A DNA stretch of 64,000 nt, from positions 130 to 64,129 of the forward strand of contig JAUIFD010000002.1 of assembly GCA_030429485.1 (NCBI GenBank), given 5' to 3'. The notes under the pieces are model-generated. The model did not search any database. It worked only from the letters and a program-made list of their open reading frames with translations, and was not told the origin of the DNA. This DNA comes from Phycisphaerae bacterium (GTDB lineage: Bacteria; Planctomycetota; Phycisphaerae; Phycisphaerales; UBA1924). The number at the start of each line of letters is the position of its first letter. Positions within the stretch are counted from its first letter, which is position 1. Shown here piece after piece: positions 48,704 through 57,223 of this stretch. The position numbers and the translations under genes are program-made.

Positions 48704-49131
48704 CGCAGGCCCACGATGCTCGGCGCCGACCCGCCGCGTTCGGTCGCCGGGGTCAAGTACGCGAAGTTCCGGAACGTCGCGACATACGCGATCGACCACA
48801 CCCGCCCGCGGTCCACCCGGTCGGCTTCCTCATATCGCATGAACACCATGTCGGCCCAAGTCCGCCCGTGCTCGTCCACGAGTGTCCCCCCGGAGGGTGA
48901 GTCCTCCAACTCAGCAGTCACCGCGTCGCGGGCCGTCCAGAGCGCCGCCTCGCTCGCCGCGACCAGGCGGCCGGTCACAATCACGTCGAGTTCCAGCAGG
49001 CCGTACGGCGCCGAGGCCGGGTCGATGATCCCGAAGTACAGCTCGTTGAGCACGAGGTGCCCTTGCCGACCCAGCGCGAACCGGTGCGGCCCCGAGTTGA
49101 ACAGCGACTTGCTCTTGAACGAACTTGCCAT
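48700..49131 (-). CDS. hypothetical protein in the phage-like block
   Basis: 143-aa ORF whose ATG 49131 lies 9 nt after the upstream stop. No recognisable motif. Confidence 0.5.
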   Translation of the reverse strand: MASSFKSKSLFNSGPHRFALGRQGHLVLNELYFGIIDPASAPYGLLELDVIVTGRLVAASEAALWTARDAVTAELEDSPSGGTLVDEHGRTWADMVFMRYEEADRVDRGRVWSIAYVATFRNFAYLTPATERGGSAPSIVGLR

Positions 49132-49140
49132 GACAGCCCC

Positions 49141-49608
49141 CTAGGCCTCGCCGCCCTCGTCCGACGTCTCACCCACTCCAGTCTCGTTCGTTTCGCCGAC
49201 GGTGCCGACGTCGCCGACAACGACCGGATCGGTTGAACCATCTTCCGAGACCGCTCGGAGTGTGATCGTGCGCCCCGCGCCGCCCTTCACGCTTACTTCG
49301 TGCGATACCCCAACGATCACACAAGTCGCAGCAAACTCGCGTGCCCCGCGCGGCGAGGCCGTCGGCGATGTGACAAACGTCAGCTCAGCCTCCTCGCCCA
49401 GCGCGAGGGCTCCGATGTCATCGCCAGCGATCGTCTGCACGACCTTGACGATCACCCGCTCCTCTGGCACGTCCACGAGCGTGCACCACGGGCCGTGGTC
49501 AGACCAGTCCTCGACGAGGCGGGCGGCGGTGCGATCGACCGCGACCATCGCCGCGTCGGTCCACACGCGATCGCCGAACCGCACCTGCCGCGGGTTCACA
49601 AAGAGCAT
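49141..49608 (-). CDS. hypothetical protein in the phage-like block
   Basis: 155-aa ORF. ATG 49608 is preceded by AGGAGA and lies 9 nt after the upstream stop. It has an acidic C-terminal tail. Confidence 0.5.
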   Translation of the reverse strand: MLFVNPRQVRFGDRVWTDAAMVAVDRTAARLVEDWSDHGPWCTLVDVPEERVIVKVVQTIAGDDIGALALGEEAELTFVTSPTASPRGAREFAATCVIVGVSHEVSVKGGAGRTITLRAVSEDGSTDPVVVGDVGTVGETNETGVGETSDEGGEA

Positions 49609-49617
49609 CGTCGTCTC

Positions 49618-50256
49618 CTACAGGCGGGTGAGCACGATCGTGTTGAGCCGTCGGGTCGCGTCGGGCAGCCCGTCGCCGTCCAGATCGATCCGGGCCGCCG
49701 CGCGCTGGCGCTCGTCCGCGAACCGCTGTCGGTACATCTCGGCCCGTTCCGCCAGCGGCGATCCACCCGGCGCGAGCGCCGCCGCCGAAGCAAAGACCAG
49801 GTGCAGCGCTCCGAGCGCCTCAAGCAGCCGCAGTCCGTTCGGGTTGGTGATGTCGTCCTCCGTGAGGGCATCGTCGTCGGGGTCATCGGGCTCGATGCCG
49901 ACCGCCCGCAGCACCTGACGATGCACGATGCCGATCTGCGGCAGGAACGTGGGCACGATCAGCTCGCCACCCGAGAGCGTCTCTACTGCGATCGGATCGT
50001 CTTCACTCGAAGGGCGCATCTTCGAGACCGTCGCCGTCGTCGACGTGAGGACCTCAATCACCTCGAGTGGCACGCCCGCAACCGACACCACGTGCCCGGC
50101 GTCGACGCCCGCGTCCGTGAGCGAGAGCGAGGCGGTGATCGTGAGTGTCGTGCCGCTCACGCCCGCCGTCCCCGTGATCAGCGTCTGCCCCGACCACCCC
50201 ACATCGCGCAGCAGGTCGGGCTCGAGCACCATGAGATCGCGATCCAGTGCGAACAT
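49618..50256 (-). CDS. hypothetical protein in the phage-like block (position of a head-completion / connector gene)
   Basis: ATG 50256 is preceded by GAGGAGGTGGTG (strong SD) and is preferred over the track's TTG at 50274. It lies immediately downstream of the capsid gene. Confidence 0.55.
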   Translation of the reverse strand: MFALDRDLMVLEPDLLRDVGWSGQTLITGTAGVSGTTLTITASLSLTDAGVDAGHVVSVAGVPLEVIEVLTSTTATVSKMRPSSEDDPIAVETLSGGELIVPTFLPQIGIVHRQVLRAVGIEPDDPDDDALTEDDITNPNGLRLLEALGALHLVFASAAALAPGGSPLAERAEMYRQRFADERQRAAARIDLDGDGLPDATRRLNTIVLTRL

Positions 50257-50323
50257 CACCACCTCCTCAGCCAATGCCGCAAGCCCGCGGGCGCGCCTCT
50301 CGGCGCGCCGCGAGACCCCCCGA

Positions 50324-51502
50324 TCAATCGCCGGTCGTACTCAGGCCGCTCAGCACGGCGTGAGCGTTCTCGTTCCGGAACTCGAGTGTGTACTCACCGA
50401 TGAGCTGTCCGTTGATCGCGTCACCGGTCGCGCCCAGCGGCTGGTAGAAGAAGCTCCGCCCGGCCATCGGCATCACGCTGACGCGGGAAGAGTCGAGCAG
50501 AAGAACGGTGTCCGCCGGCGCCCAGCGCGTCATCACGACCCTGCACACGCCAAAGTCGCTCTCATACACGCTGACGACGTTCTTCATCGTCTCGTCGTCG
50601 GGCGCGTACCGCCTCTCGGTGAGGATGAAGTCATTGAGCGCCCGCTTCTGTGTCGCGTTCATGACGAGCGTGTCGACCGAGCCCGACGAGCTCTCCCACA
50701 CCGTGCGCAGTGCCGCGTTGAGTACTTCTTCCGTGAGCACGTCCTGGCTCGTGCCGCCTCCGTCGGGGATCGTGCCGGTTCCGGGCGTGAGCACGTTGGT
50801 CGAGATCGATTGGACGATCCCGTTCATCGTGCGGCGCACCGTGCTCGACCCCTGCGGGTTTGAAGCCGCGGCCACCCCGTTGATGACCGTGTTCTCCAGG
50901 TCGCGCAGCATCTCGCGCAGTCGCTCGGCCTTCTGGTAGTCGGCCTCGTCGTCGATGCCGTGCTGCCGTGCCGCCTGCATCGTGCCCGAGACGCGGATCG
51001 TCTCGGTGAAGATCTGCGTGTAGTTCTGCTTGCGGACGCGGCTCGTGAATCGTGCCGCCGCCGCGTCCTCGCCCTCGAGCGCCGCGTTTCCCAGGATGTG
51101 CAGGTCCTGGTTGTTGGTGACGCTCGCGGCCGTTGTCCCGCCGTACCCGCGCACCACGGTGAGCGTGTCGGTGATGATGTCGGTGACGAGCCACACCTCG
51201 CCCGTCCCCGCCGGCTGCACGAGGTCGCCGATCCGGAAGCGGCCCGCGTTGTCCACCTTGATCGTCGTGTCGCTCAGCGCATCCGGTGAGAACGACGACT
51301 GGTCGATCTTGTCGGTGTTCGGAATCAGCGAATCCTCGATCCACTCGTGGATCGTGTTGGTCGCCACCCGCCTCGGGTCGCCGAGGAAGTCGAGCAGCGG
51401 CGTCTCGTGCGGACTCACAATCCCGATGATGTCCGAGACGTCCTCAGCAAGCTCTGGCAGGTCCGTGCCCGCCGAGTATGTCGCCTTACCCGTGAATGTC
51501 AT
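50324..51502 (-). CDS. phage major capsid protein, DUF5309 / SU10-MCP-like (HK97 fold family)
   Basis: ATG 51502 is preceded by AAGGGGG. The N-terminal block ELAEDVSDIIGIVSPHETPLLDFLGDPRRVATNTIHEWIEDSL matches my recollection of the conserved DUF5309 start (..DlsdvI.nisP.eTPf.s.ig.......h.W.eD.L). The 392-aa size and the position after portal and scaffold fit. The track ORF to 51994 is an Arg-rich extension. Confidence 0.8.
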   Translation of the reverse strand: MTFTGKATYSAGTDLPELAEDVSDIIGIVSPHETPLLDFLGDPRRVATNTIHEWIEDSLIPNTDKIDQSSFSPDALSDTTIKVDNAGRFRIGDLVQPAGTGEVWLVTDIITDTLTVVRGYGGTTAASVTNNQDLHILGNAALEGEDAAAARFTSRVRKQNYTQIFTETIRVSGTMQAARQHGIDDEADYQKAERLREMLRDLENTVINGVAAASNPQGSSTVRRTMNGIVQSISTNVLTPGTGTIPDGGGTSQDVLTEEVLNAALRTVWESSSGSVDTLVMNATQKRALNDFILTERRYAPDDETMKNVVSVYESDFGVCRVVMTRWAPADTVLLLDSSRVSVMPMAGRSFFYQPLGATGDAINGQLIGEYTLEFRNENAHAVLSGLSTTGD

Positions 51503-51591
51503 GCATGCACCCCCTTGGTTTGTGCGTGTACGTGTTCTTGCGAGCCGACGCTCGCGCTGTGGTGGTGATCCAGTACCCGTCGACGCGCGGC

Positions 51592-52152
51592 CTAGCTCGC
51601 GCGCCGCGCCCGCAGGTAGCGCAGGAGCAGACGCTTGTCGCCGCTCTGCCGAGCCGCGTCGGCGATGGCCTCTCGCGTTCGGGGCGAGGCGGCGTTGTGT
51701 GCGGGAGCGAGACCGGTCGCGAGCCCGCGCACGCCGCGCCTTGCGAACAGCCGCGGATTGGACGCCACCACGCGCCGCACGGCCTCGACCGGCTCGTCCG
51801 CGTTCGGATCGACGAGGGCTCTGGCGGCGGCGAGGTCGTGTGCGCCCGCTCGCACCAGTTCCACATCGATCAGGCCCGCCCGCGCCGAGGCGGTCAGAGC
51901 GCTCTTCAGGTCGTTCGCCGCTGCTTCGGCATCCGCGAGCCGCGCCGCGACCTCGGCCAGTCGTACCTCCGCCTCGTCCGCTCGGGTACGCCATCCGCTC
52001 TGCTCGTCAGCCGGCTCCGGGGCGGCGCCGGGCGCGTCGCCATCAGTTCTTTCGCCATCGTCGCGCGTCGGGCGTTCGTCCGCTTCCGCCTCGCGCTGCG
52101 CCACGGGCGCGGTCAGACTCTCGATCAACTCGCGGTCCACGGTTTCGTTCAA
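51592..52152 (-). CDS. scaffolding-like protein (acidic N-terminus, Ala-rich helical region)
   Basis: The call rests on position between portal and capsid, helical low-complexity composition (AEVRLAEVAARLADAEAAANDLKSAL) and a TTG start overlapping the portal stop (TTGA). No family-specific motif recognised. Confidence 0.45.
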   Translation of the reverse strand: MNETVDRELIESLTAPVAQREAEADERPTRDDGERTDGDAPGAAPEPADEQSGWRTRADEAEVRLAEVAARLADAEAAANDLKSALTASARAGLIDVELVRAGAHDLAAARALVDPNADEPVEAVRRVVASNPRLFARRGVRGLATGLAPAHNAASPRTREAIADAARQSGDKRLLLRYLRARRAS

Positions 52153-53654
52153 AGCACACCCCCATCCGTCGGCTCATATCCGAGTTCGTCGCGCACCCGT
52201 TCGGCAGAGACGCCGAGGTCGATCTTCCGCTTCGCCGCCAGCGTCTCATCGAGCACGTCCTCGGGCAGCGGGTCGGGCCACTCGAGGCGCACGCCTCGAT
52301 CGGCGGCGCCGGTGCGGAGCACACCCGCCGTGTCGAGCGCGCGGAGGATCAGCTCGCTGACCTGCGCGATCCCCCGCCCGTAGGTCACGCGCTTGCGAGC
52401 CGTCTTGGCGAGCAGGCCCACGAGCGTGATCTTCAGCGCGTTCGCGCTCGAGAGGTTGCCCACGCGCCCTTGCACCACGCCGGTCGCGAGGGGCGGCACG
52501 GCGCTCGTCTTGTCGAGCGCGTCGCGCACCTCCTTGATGTGCGCGTCCTCGCTCGGGCTCGCCGCGTCGCCGCCGAAGGCCTCGACCGAGGCGTCGGGGT
52601 TATCGGTGCTCCACACCTGGCCCGGGCCGACCGGCACGCGATCAAACCCCTCGATCCCGCGGGCGAGGTACATCTTGAAGCTCTGCAACGTCACACGGCT
52701 CGCGCGGTCGCTCAGCCGCGTGTTCAGCTCGTCCTGCAACGGCACGAGCGGCTCCACCTCGCTCAGGCCCGAGTAGTGGAACGGCTGCGCGATGTTCTGG
52801 ATGTGCACCACCGGCAGCGTGTCGCCGAGCAGGCGGTCCTCATCCTCGGCGATCAGCTCGCCATCCTCGAACACCCACCGGCGCCCCGGCTCGATGATCT
52901 CCGTCAGCGTCGAGCGCCGGCGTGCGCCGGCATCAACACCGGCGAGCCCGAGCCAGCGCCCGAAGCGCCCGCCCTCGGCCACCTCGTTGAGCGTGCGTTC
53001 GTAGTGGATGACGTACGACGCGAGCCGCCGATAGTCGCCCGGGTCGAGCACCGGAATGCCACGCTTCGGCTCGACCGGTTCGATCAGGAACGCGTCGGCG
53101 ATGCGGCGAAGAGCGGTGTCGGAGAGGGCGCCCTCGCGCTGTCGCAGTGCCGGCGCGTCGCCCAGGCGATCGGCGTCGGTGCGCACAATCAGATCGACAT
53201 GCCCATACACGTGCCCGAGCAGCGCCATGTCCTGCAAGAGCGCGATCCCGCCCGATGCCTCCCACACCGCGTCGAGCAAGCGGTCGATCGCGTCGCGCAG
53301 CGCCGCATCGCTCGCGGTCGAGCGCAACCGGACCGGCTTGCCGAACATGAAGTCCACCATCGTGTGAACGCGCCACGCGATGTCGTTCTCGATCACGATC
53401 TCTCGGCGCGACGCGGCCCGATCGTCCTCATGCGCCCCGACCCGCCCCGTCAGGCGGCGCGGGAGCCCGTCCCGCTGCGCGAGCTTCCGCCCCGCGCCGC
53501 CCACGCCCTCGCCCGCCACGGGTTCGACCGGATTTCGGTAGTAGCGCCACAGCGTCTCCATCCGCGGCAGCTCGACCGCTTCGTGCTCCGCGATGAGCGC
53601 GTCGAGCAGCGCCTCGTCCAGCCCGGCCTGCGCGAATCCAGCCTGCTCGCTCAT
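52149..53654 (-). CDS. phage portal protein (SPP1 Gp6-like type)
   Basis: 501 aa. METLWRYYRNP and IENDIAWRVHTMVDFMFGKPV resemble the conserved N-terminal portal blocks (..YY.G.. ; N..a..ivd....y.fGkPv). ATG 53654 is preceded by GGGAGGG. It is the first gene of the block. Confidence 0.65.
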   Translation of the reverse strand: MSEQAGFAQAGLDEALLDALIAEHEAVELPRMETLWRYYRNPVEPVAGEGVGGAGRKLAQRDGLPRRLTGRVGAHEDDRAASRREIVIENDIAWRVHTMVDFMFGKPVRLRSTASDAALRDAIDRLLDAVWEASGGIALLQDMALLGHVYGHVDLIVRTDADRLGDAPALRQREGALSDTALRRIADAFLIEPVEPKRGIPVLDPGDYRRLASYVIHYERTLNEVAEGGRFGRWLGLAGVDAGARRRSTLTEIIEPGRRWVFEDGELIAEDEDRLLGDTLPVVHIQNIAQPFHYSGLSEVEPLVPLQDELNTRLSDRASRVTLQSFKMYLARGIEGFDRVPVGPGQVWSTDNPDASVEAFGGDAASPSEDAHIKEVRDALDKTSAVPPLATGVVQGRVGNLSSANALKITLVGLLAKTARKRVTYGRGIAQVSELILRALDTAGVLRTGAADRGVRLEWPDPLPEDVLDETLAAKRKIDLGVSAERVRDELGYEPTDGGVL

Positions 53655-53818
53655 GCAACCCTCCCGAGTCCGCGGCGATCGTCGCCCCGCTCAACCTTCG
53701 CGCCGCCGGACGCGTTCGTGCGCGCGCCGCACCCCCGCCCTCGGCCGCGATCGGCACGCCCGAGCCCGCCAGCCCGCCAACCACGCTGCGGATCGGCGCC
53801 GAACGGGCGACCTCCCGG

Positions 53819-53844
53819 AGCCCGGCGCGTGCGCGCGCCGGGCT
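53819..53844. promoter_or_regulatory. perfect 11-bp GC-rich inverted repeat in the divergent portal / MBL-like intergenic region
   Basis: agcccggcgcg / tgcg / cgcgccgggct, ending 12 nt upstream of ATG 53856. It could be an operator palindrome or a 5'-UTR hairpin. Confidence 0.35.
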
Positions 53845-53855
53845 TACGATGCCGC

Positions 53856-54548
53856 ATGGACCTCCGCGTGATCTCGATCGGCGCCCTGTCGGCTCACCCA
53901 CTCCGGAATGAGGCGCCCGCCACCCGCACCGGGCACGCGACGACCACCCTCGTGCGCACCGGCGACAACGTCATCCTCATCGATCCGGGCCTGCCGGGCG
54001 TCGTCCTCGAGCAGCGGCTGAGCGAGCGGGCCGGCATCCCGCCCACCGCCGTCACCCACGTCTTCCTCACGAGCTTCAAGCCTGCGACTTCGCGCGGCAT
54101 CACGATCTTCGAGGCCGCCGAGTGGTTCATCTCGGAGCACGAGCGCGAAGCGGTCGGCATCCCGCTCGCGCAGATGGCCCGCACCCTCGCGGAGAGCGAC
54201 GACACCCCCGAGGACGAAGCCACGCGGCGCGAGCTCGAGTTTCAGATCGGCGTCCTCCAACGCTGCCGACCCGCCCCCGACCGGCTCGCCCCGGGCGTCG
54301 ACCTCTTCCCGCTCCACGGCGTGACGCCGGGGCTCACCGGGCTGCTTCTCCCCGAATCGAGCCGCACAACGCTGATCTGCGGCGACGCGATCCCGACCAT
54401 CGAGCACCTCGAGCGCGGGCAGGTGCTCCAGTCGGCCGCCGACGTCGAAGCGGCCCGGGAGAGCCTCACCGAGGCGATCGAGATCGCCGACGTCCTCGTC
54501 CTCGGGCGGGACAATCTGACGCCGAACCTCACCAAACGCCCGTTCTAG
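53856..54548 (+). CDS. MBL-fold protein with a degenerate metal-binding motif (probable pseudo-enzyme)
   Basis: The layout VILIDPG...(40 aa)...THVFLTSFKPATSRG...LHGVTPG...LICGDAIP follows the metallo-beta-lactamase fold order. TSFKPAT replaces THxHxDH. This is only the last 230 codons of the 1172-codon track ORF 51030..54548. Confidence 0.6.
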   Translation: MDLRVISIGALSAHPLRNEAPATRTGHATTTLVRTGDNVILIDPGLPGVVLEQRLSERAGIPPTAVTHVFLTSFKPATSRGITIFEAAEWFISEHEREAVGIPLAQMARTLAESDDTPEDEATRRELEFQIGVLQRCRPAPDRLAPGVDLFPLHGVTPGLTGLLLPESSRTTLICGDAIPTIEHLERGQVLQSAADVEAARESLTEAIEIADVLVLGRDNLTPNLTKRPF

Positions 54549-54666
54549 ATGTTGCGCGCCGCGTGGTGCTCACGCCACACGCGTTGATCCCTCGCAACAT
54601 CCCGACGCCACCCGCGTACCGCAGAGCATGTGCACGGCCCGGCACGCGCGTTGCCCAGGGTGGGGT

Positions 54667-55047
54667 ATGGACCCCGCGCGGGATATTCGGACGCTTACCG
54701 CTGGAGCACTCGCCGCGTTCGCGCTGTGCGGGTCGCAGCCGGCGGAGGCGCAGAACGGCCCACAGGCGATGGGCGCGAGCGGCGCCTCCAGCGAACTCGT
54801 CTTCGCGACCGCGAGCGTGCCCCGAGCGCAGTCACTGGACCTCAACACCCGGCGCGACGCGGCCCTCAATGTGCGCACAAGCGAGCGCCCCACCGCCCTT
54901 GACTCATGGCGGGGTCTCGCCCGCCCGGATCTCTCTCGCGACCGGCGGATCTACTTCCCGCGACACGCCGAGAGCTACCTCTACTTCGAGCGAGACACCG
55001 ACCGTTCGCACGGCTCCCGGTACGAGTACTTCCGCCGACGCTATTGA
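54667..55047 (+). CDS. small secreted hypothetical protein with an Arg/Tyr-rich C-terminus
   Basis: Signal-like MDPARDIRTLTAGALAAFALCGSQPAEAQ and tail RRIYFPRHAESYLYFERDTDRSHGSRYEYFRRRY. Coding status is uncertain. Confidence 0.4.
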   Translation: MDPARDIRTLTAGALAAFALCGSQPAEAQNGPQAMGASGASSELVFATASVPRAQSLDLNTRRDAALNVRTSERPTALDSWRGLARPDLSRDRRIYFPRHAESYLYFERDTDRSHGSRYEYFRRRY

Positions 55048-55118
55048 CCCGTGCGTGAATCCGACCCCTCCACGATCGCCCGGCGCGCGGCCGGCGATCG
55101 CATGCGCACGCCTCGCGA

Positions 55119-55862
55119 TCACGCCGCGTGTGCGCCCTTCTTGGTCCGCCTCGCCGCGAGCATTTGCAGCACGTCGACGAACAGCGCAAAGCCCATCGCG
55201 ACATAGACGTACCCACGCTCGACGTGGTTGCCCAGCCCGTCCATCGTCAGCATGACCCCGATCATGACGAGGAACGCGAGCCCGAGCATCTTGAAGCTCG
55301 GGTGGCGTTCGATGAACTTCGCAACCGCCTCTGCGGCGAGCATCATGATGAGGATGGCGACGATGATCGCCGCGATCATCACCTGCAGGTGCTCGGCCAT
55401 GCCCACCGCGGTGATCACCGAGTCGATGCTGAAGATCAGGTCCATCGCGATGATCTGCACGAGCACCATCTTGAACGACGCCGCGCGATACCCGCTCTTG
55501 CCATGCCCGCCACCCTCGACCATCGCGTAGATCTCGTGTGTCGCCTTCCCGATGAGGAACGCGCCTCCCGCGAACAGGAACAGGTCCTTGCCCGAGAACC
55601 CGTGCCCGAACACGTGGAACAGCTCGTCTTCGAGCTTGGTGATCCAACTCGCGAGTAGCAGGAGGAGGATCCGCCCGACCGCCGCGAGAGCGAGCCCCAT
55701 GCGCCGAGCGAGCTTCTGCTTCGAGGGCTCGAGCTTGCTCGCGAGGATCGAGATAAACACGACGTTGTCGATCCCGAGGACGATCTCGAGCCCGGCGAGC
55801 GCAGCAAATGCGCCCAGTGAGTGCAGGCTGAATAGGGCGTGCGTGGCTTCCTGAGCGAGCAT
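55119..55862 (-). CDS. TerC-family integral membrane protein
   Basis: LEIVLGIDNVVFISILA and DLIFSIDSVITAVGM are the duplicated TerC motifs. ATG 55862 (MLAQEATH) is preceded by AGGAG. The track ORF to 56045 is an extension. Confidence 0.9.
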   Translation of the reverse strand: MLAQEATHALFSLHSLGAFAALAGLEIVLGIDNVVFISILASKLEPSKQKLARRMGLALAAVGRILLLLLASWITKLEDELFHVFGHGFSGKDLFLFAGGAFLIGKATHEIYAMVEGGGHGKSGYRAASFKMVLVQIIAMDLIFSIDSVITAVGMAEHLQVMIAAIIVAILIMMLAAEAVAKFIERHPSFKMLGLAFLVMIGVMLTMDGLGNHVERGYVYVAMGFALFVDVLQMLAARRTKKGAHAA

Positions 55863-56166
55863 TACTGGCTCCTGGTTGGGGGTGAGCAAGATATCGGGCT
55901 TGCGGGTCGCGGGGGTGCGCGGTCCGCAGGCGATGTCGCGCGGAAGGTGGCAAAGCACCGGGGCTCGCGTGCCGATGGCTCGATTGGCGTCGTCCCGCCT
56001 AACGTGAGGCCGGGCGCGGGCGTCCTGAGTCCGAACCCTGGCCATGGGGTCGGCGTAGGGAGGTCGTCGTTAGGAGCAGGCCGGGCCGTCGCCTCGCGGC
56101 AGCCCACTTCAGGCCGCCATCATCACACGCCCGCATGTCGGGCCCTTGTTTGAGCGGGAGTCAACG

Positions 56167-57195
56167 ATGTCGAAGGATGGTCTGGTTGTGGTCGGTGGCG
56201 GCGGTGGGTTCATCGGCGGGCACCTCGTCGCGCACCTTCTTGCCGAGGGGTTCACCAACGTCCGCTCCGTCGATATCAAGCCCCTCGACGAGTGGTACCA
56301 GGTGCATGAGGGCGTGGACAACGTCGTCGGCGATCTCAAGGACCTCGCCACCTGCCGGCGCGTCTGTGACGGCGTGCGCGACGTCTACCAGCTCGCTGCC
56401 GACATGGGCGGCATGGGCTTCATCGAGAACAACAAGGCCCTGTGCATGCTCTCGGTGCTCACCAACACCCACATGCTCATGGCCGCGAACGAGAACAAGG
56501 CCCGCCGGTTCTTCTACTCCTCCTCCGCGTGCGTCTACAACGCCGACAAGCAGAAGTCCGAGGATGTCGTCGCGCTCAAGGAAGAGGACGCCTACCCCGC
56601 GATGCCCGAAGATGGGTACGGGTGGGAGAAGCTCTTCTCCGAGCGCATGTGCCGTCACTTCCGCGAGGACTTCGACCTGCAGACGCGCGTCGCGCGCTTC
56701 CACAACGTCTACGGCCCGTGGGGCACGTGGGACGGCGGACGCGAGAAGGCGCCCGCCGCGGTCTGCCGAAAGGTCATCCACGCCAAGGCGACCGGCAACC
56801 ACGACATGGAGATCTGGGGTGACGGCAAGCAGACGCGTTCCTTCATGTACGTCGACGACTGCGTCAAGGGCATCCGCATGTTCACCGAGGGTGAGTGCGT
56901 CGAGCCCCTGAACCTCGGCTCCAACGAGCTCGTCACCATCAACGGGCTCGTCGACATCGTCGAGGAGATCGCCGGCATCAAGCTCGACCGTCACTACAAG
57001 CTCGACGCGCCCAAGGGCGTCAACGGGCGCAACTCGGACAACACCCTCATTCAGCAGCACTTCGGGTGGGAGCCCTCGATCCGCCTGCGCGACGGCATGG
57101 AGCGCACGTACAACTGGATCGCCAAGGAATACAACGCCAAACACGGCACCAGCGTGCCGCAGACCGCCGCGGGCGAGAGCTTCGCGACCGCCTAG
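56167..57195 (+). CDS. GDP-mannose 3,5-epimerase (SDR superfamily)
   Basis: GGGGFIGGHL (Rossmann), QLAADMGGMGFI, RFFYSSSACVY, YGWEKL and RFHNVYGPWGTWDGGREKAPAAVCRK closely parallel plant and bacterial GME (NLAADMGGMGFI, RFFYASSACIY, RFHNIYGPFGTWKGGREKAPAAFCRK). Confidence 0.88.
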   Translation: MSKDGLVVVGGGGGFIGGHLVAHLLAEGFTNVRSVDIKPLDEWYQVHEGVDNVVGDLKDLATCRRVCDGVRDVYQLAADMGGMGFIENNKALCMLSVLTNTHMLMAANENKARRFFYSSSACVYNADKQKSEDVVALKEEDAYPAMPEDGYGWEKLFSERMCRHFREDFDLQTRVARFHNVYGPWGTWDGGREKAPAAVCRKVIHAKATGNHDMEIWGDGKQTRSFMYVDDCVKGIRMFTEGECVEPLNLGSNELVTINGLVDIVEEIAGIKLDRHYKLDAPKGVNGRNSDNTLIQQHFGWEPSIRLRDGMERTYNWIAKEYNAKHGTSVPQTAAGESFATA

Positions 57196-57223
57196 TCACC
57201 TGCGAATAGTCCTTCTTGGACAC

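Larger units (their letters stand above)
47854..53654 (-). mobile_element. phage-derived head-morphogenesis gene block (8 co-oriented, tightly packed genes) without terminase, tail, lysis enzyme or integrase: prophage remnant or domesticated module
   Basis: Portal, scaffold-like and DUF5309-type capsid genes sit in canonical order, followed by small ORFs with 4-nt overlaps or 9-10 nt gaps. It is flanked by non-phage genes on the opposite strand on both sides. Confidence 0.5.

Noticed and set aside
51030-54548. A 1172-codon plus-strand ORF, the longest in the track
   Set aside because: Its first ~940 codons run antisense to the capsid, scaffold and portal genes and are Arg/Pro/Ala/Ser-rich with no motifs. 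This is the typical high-GC antisense shadow. Only the last 230 codons (53856..54548, from an internal ATG after the portal gene ends) look like a real protein.
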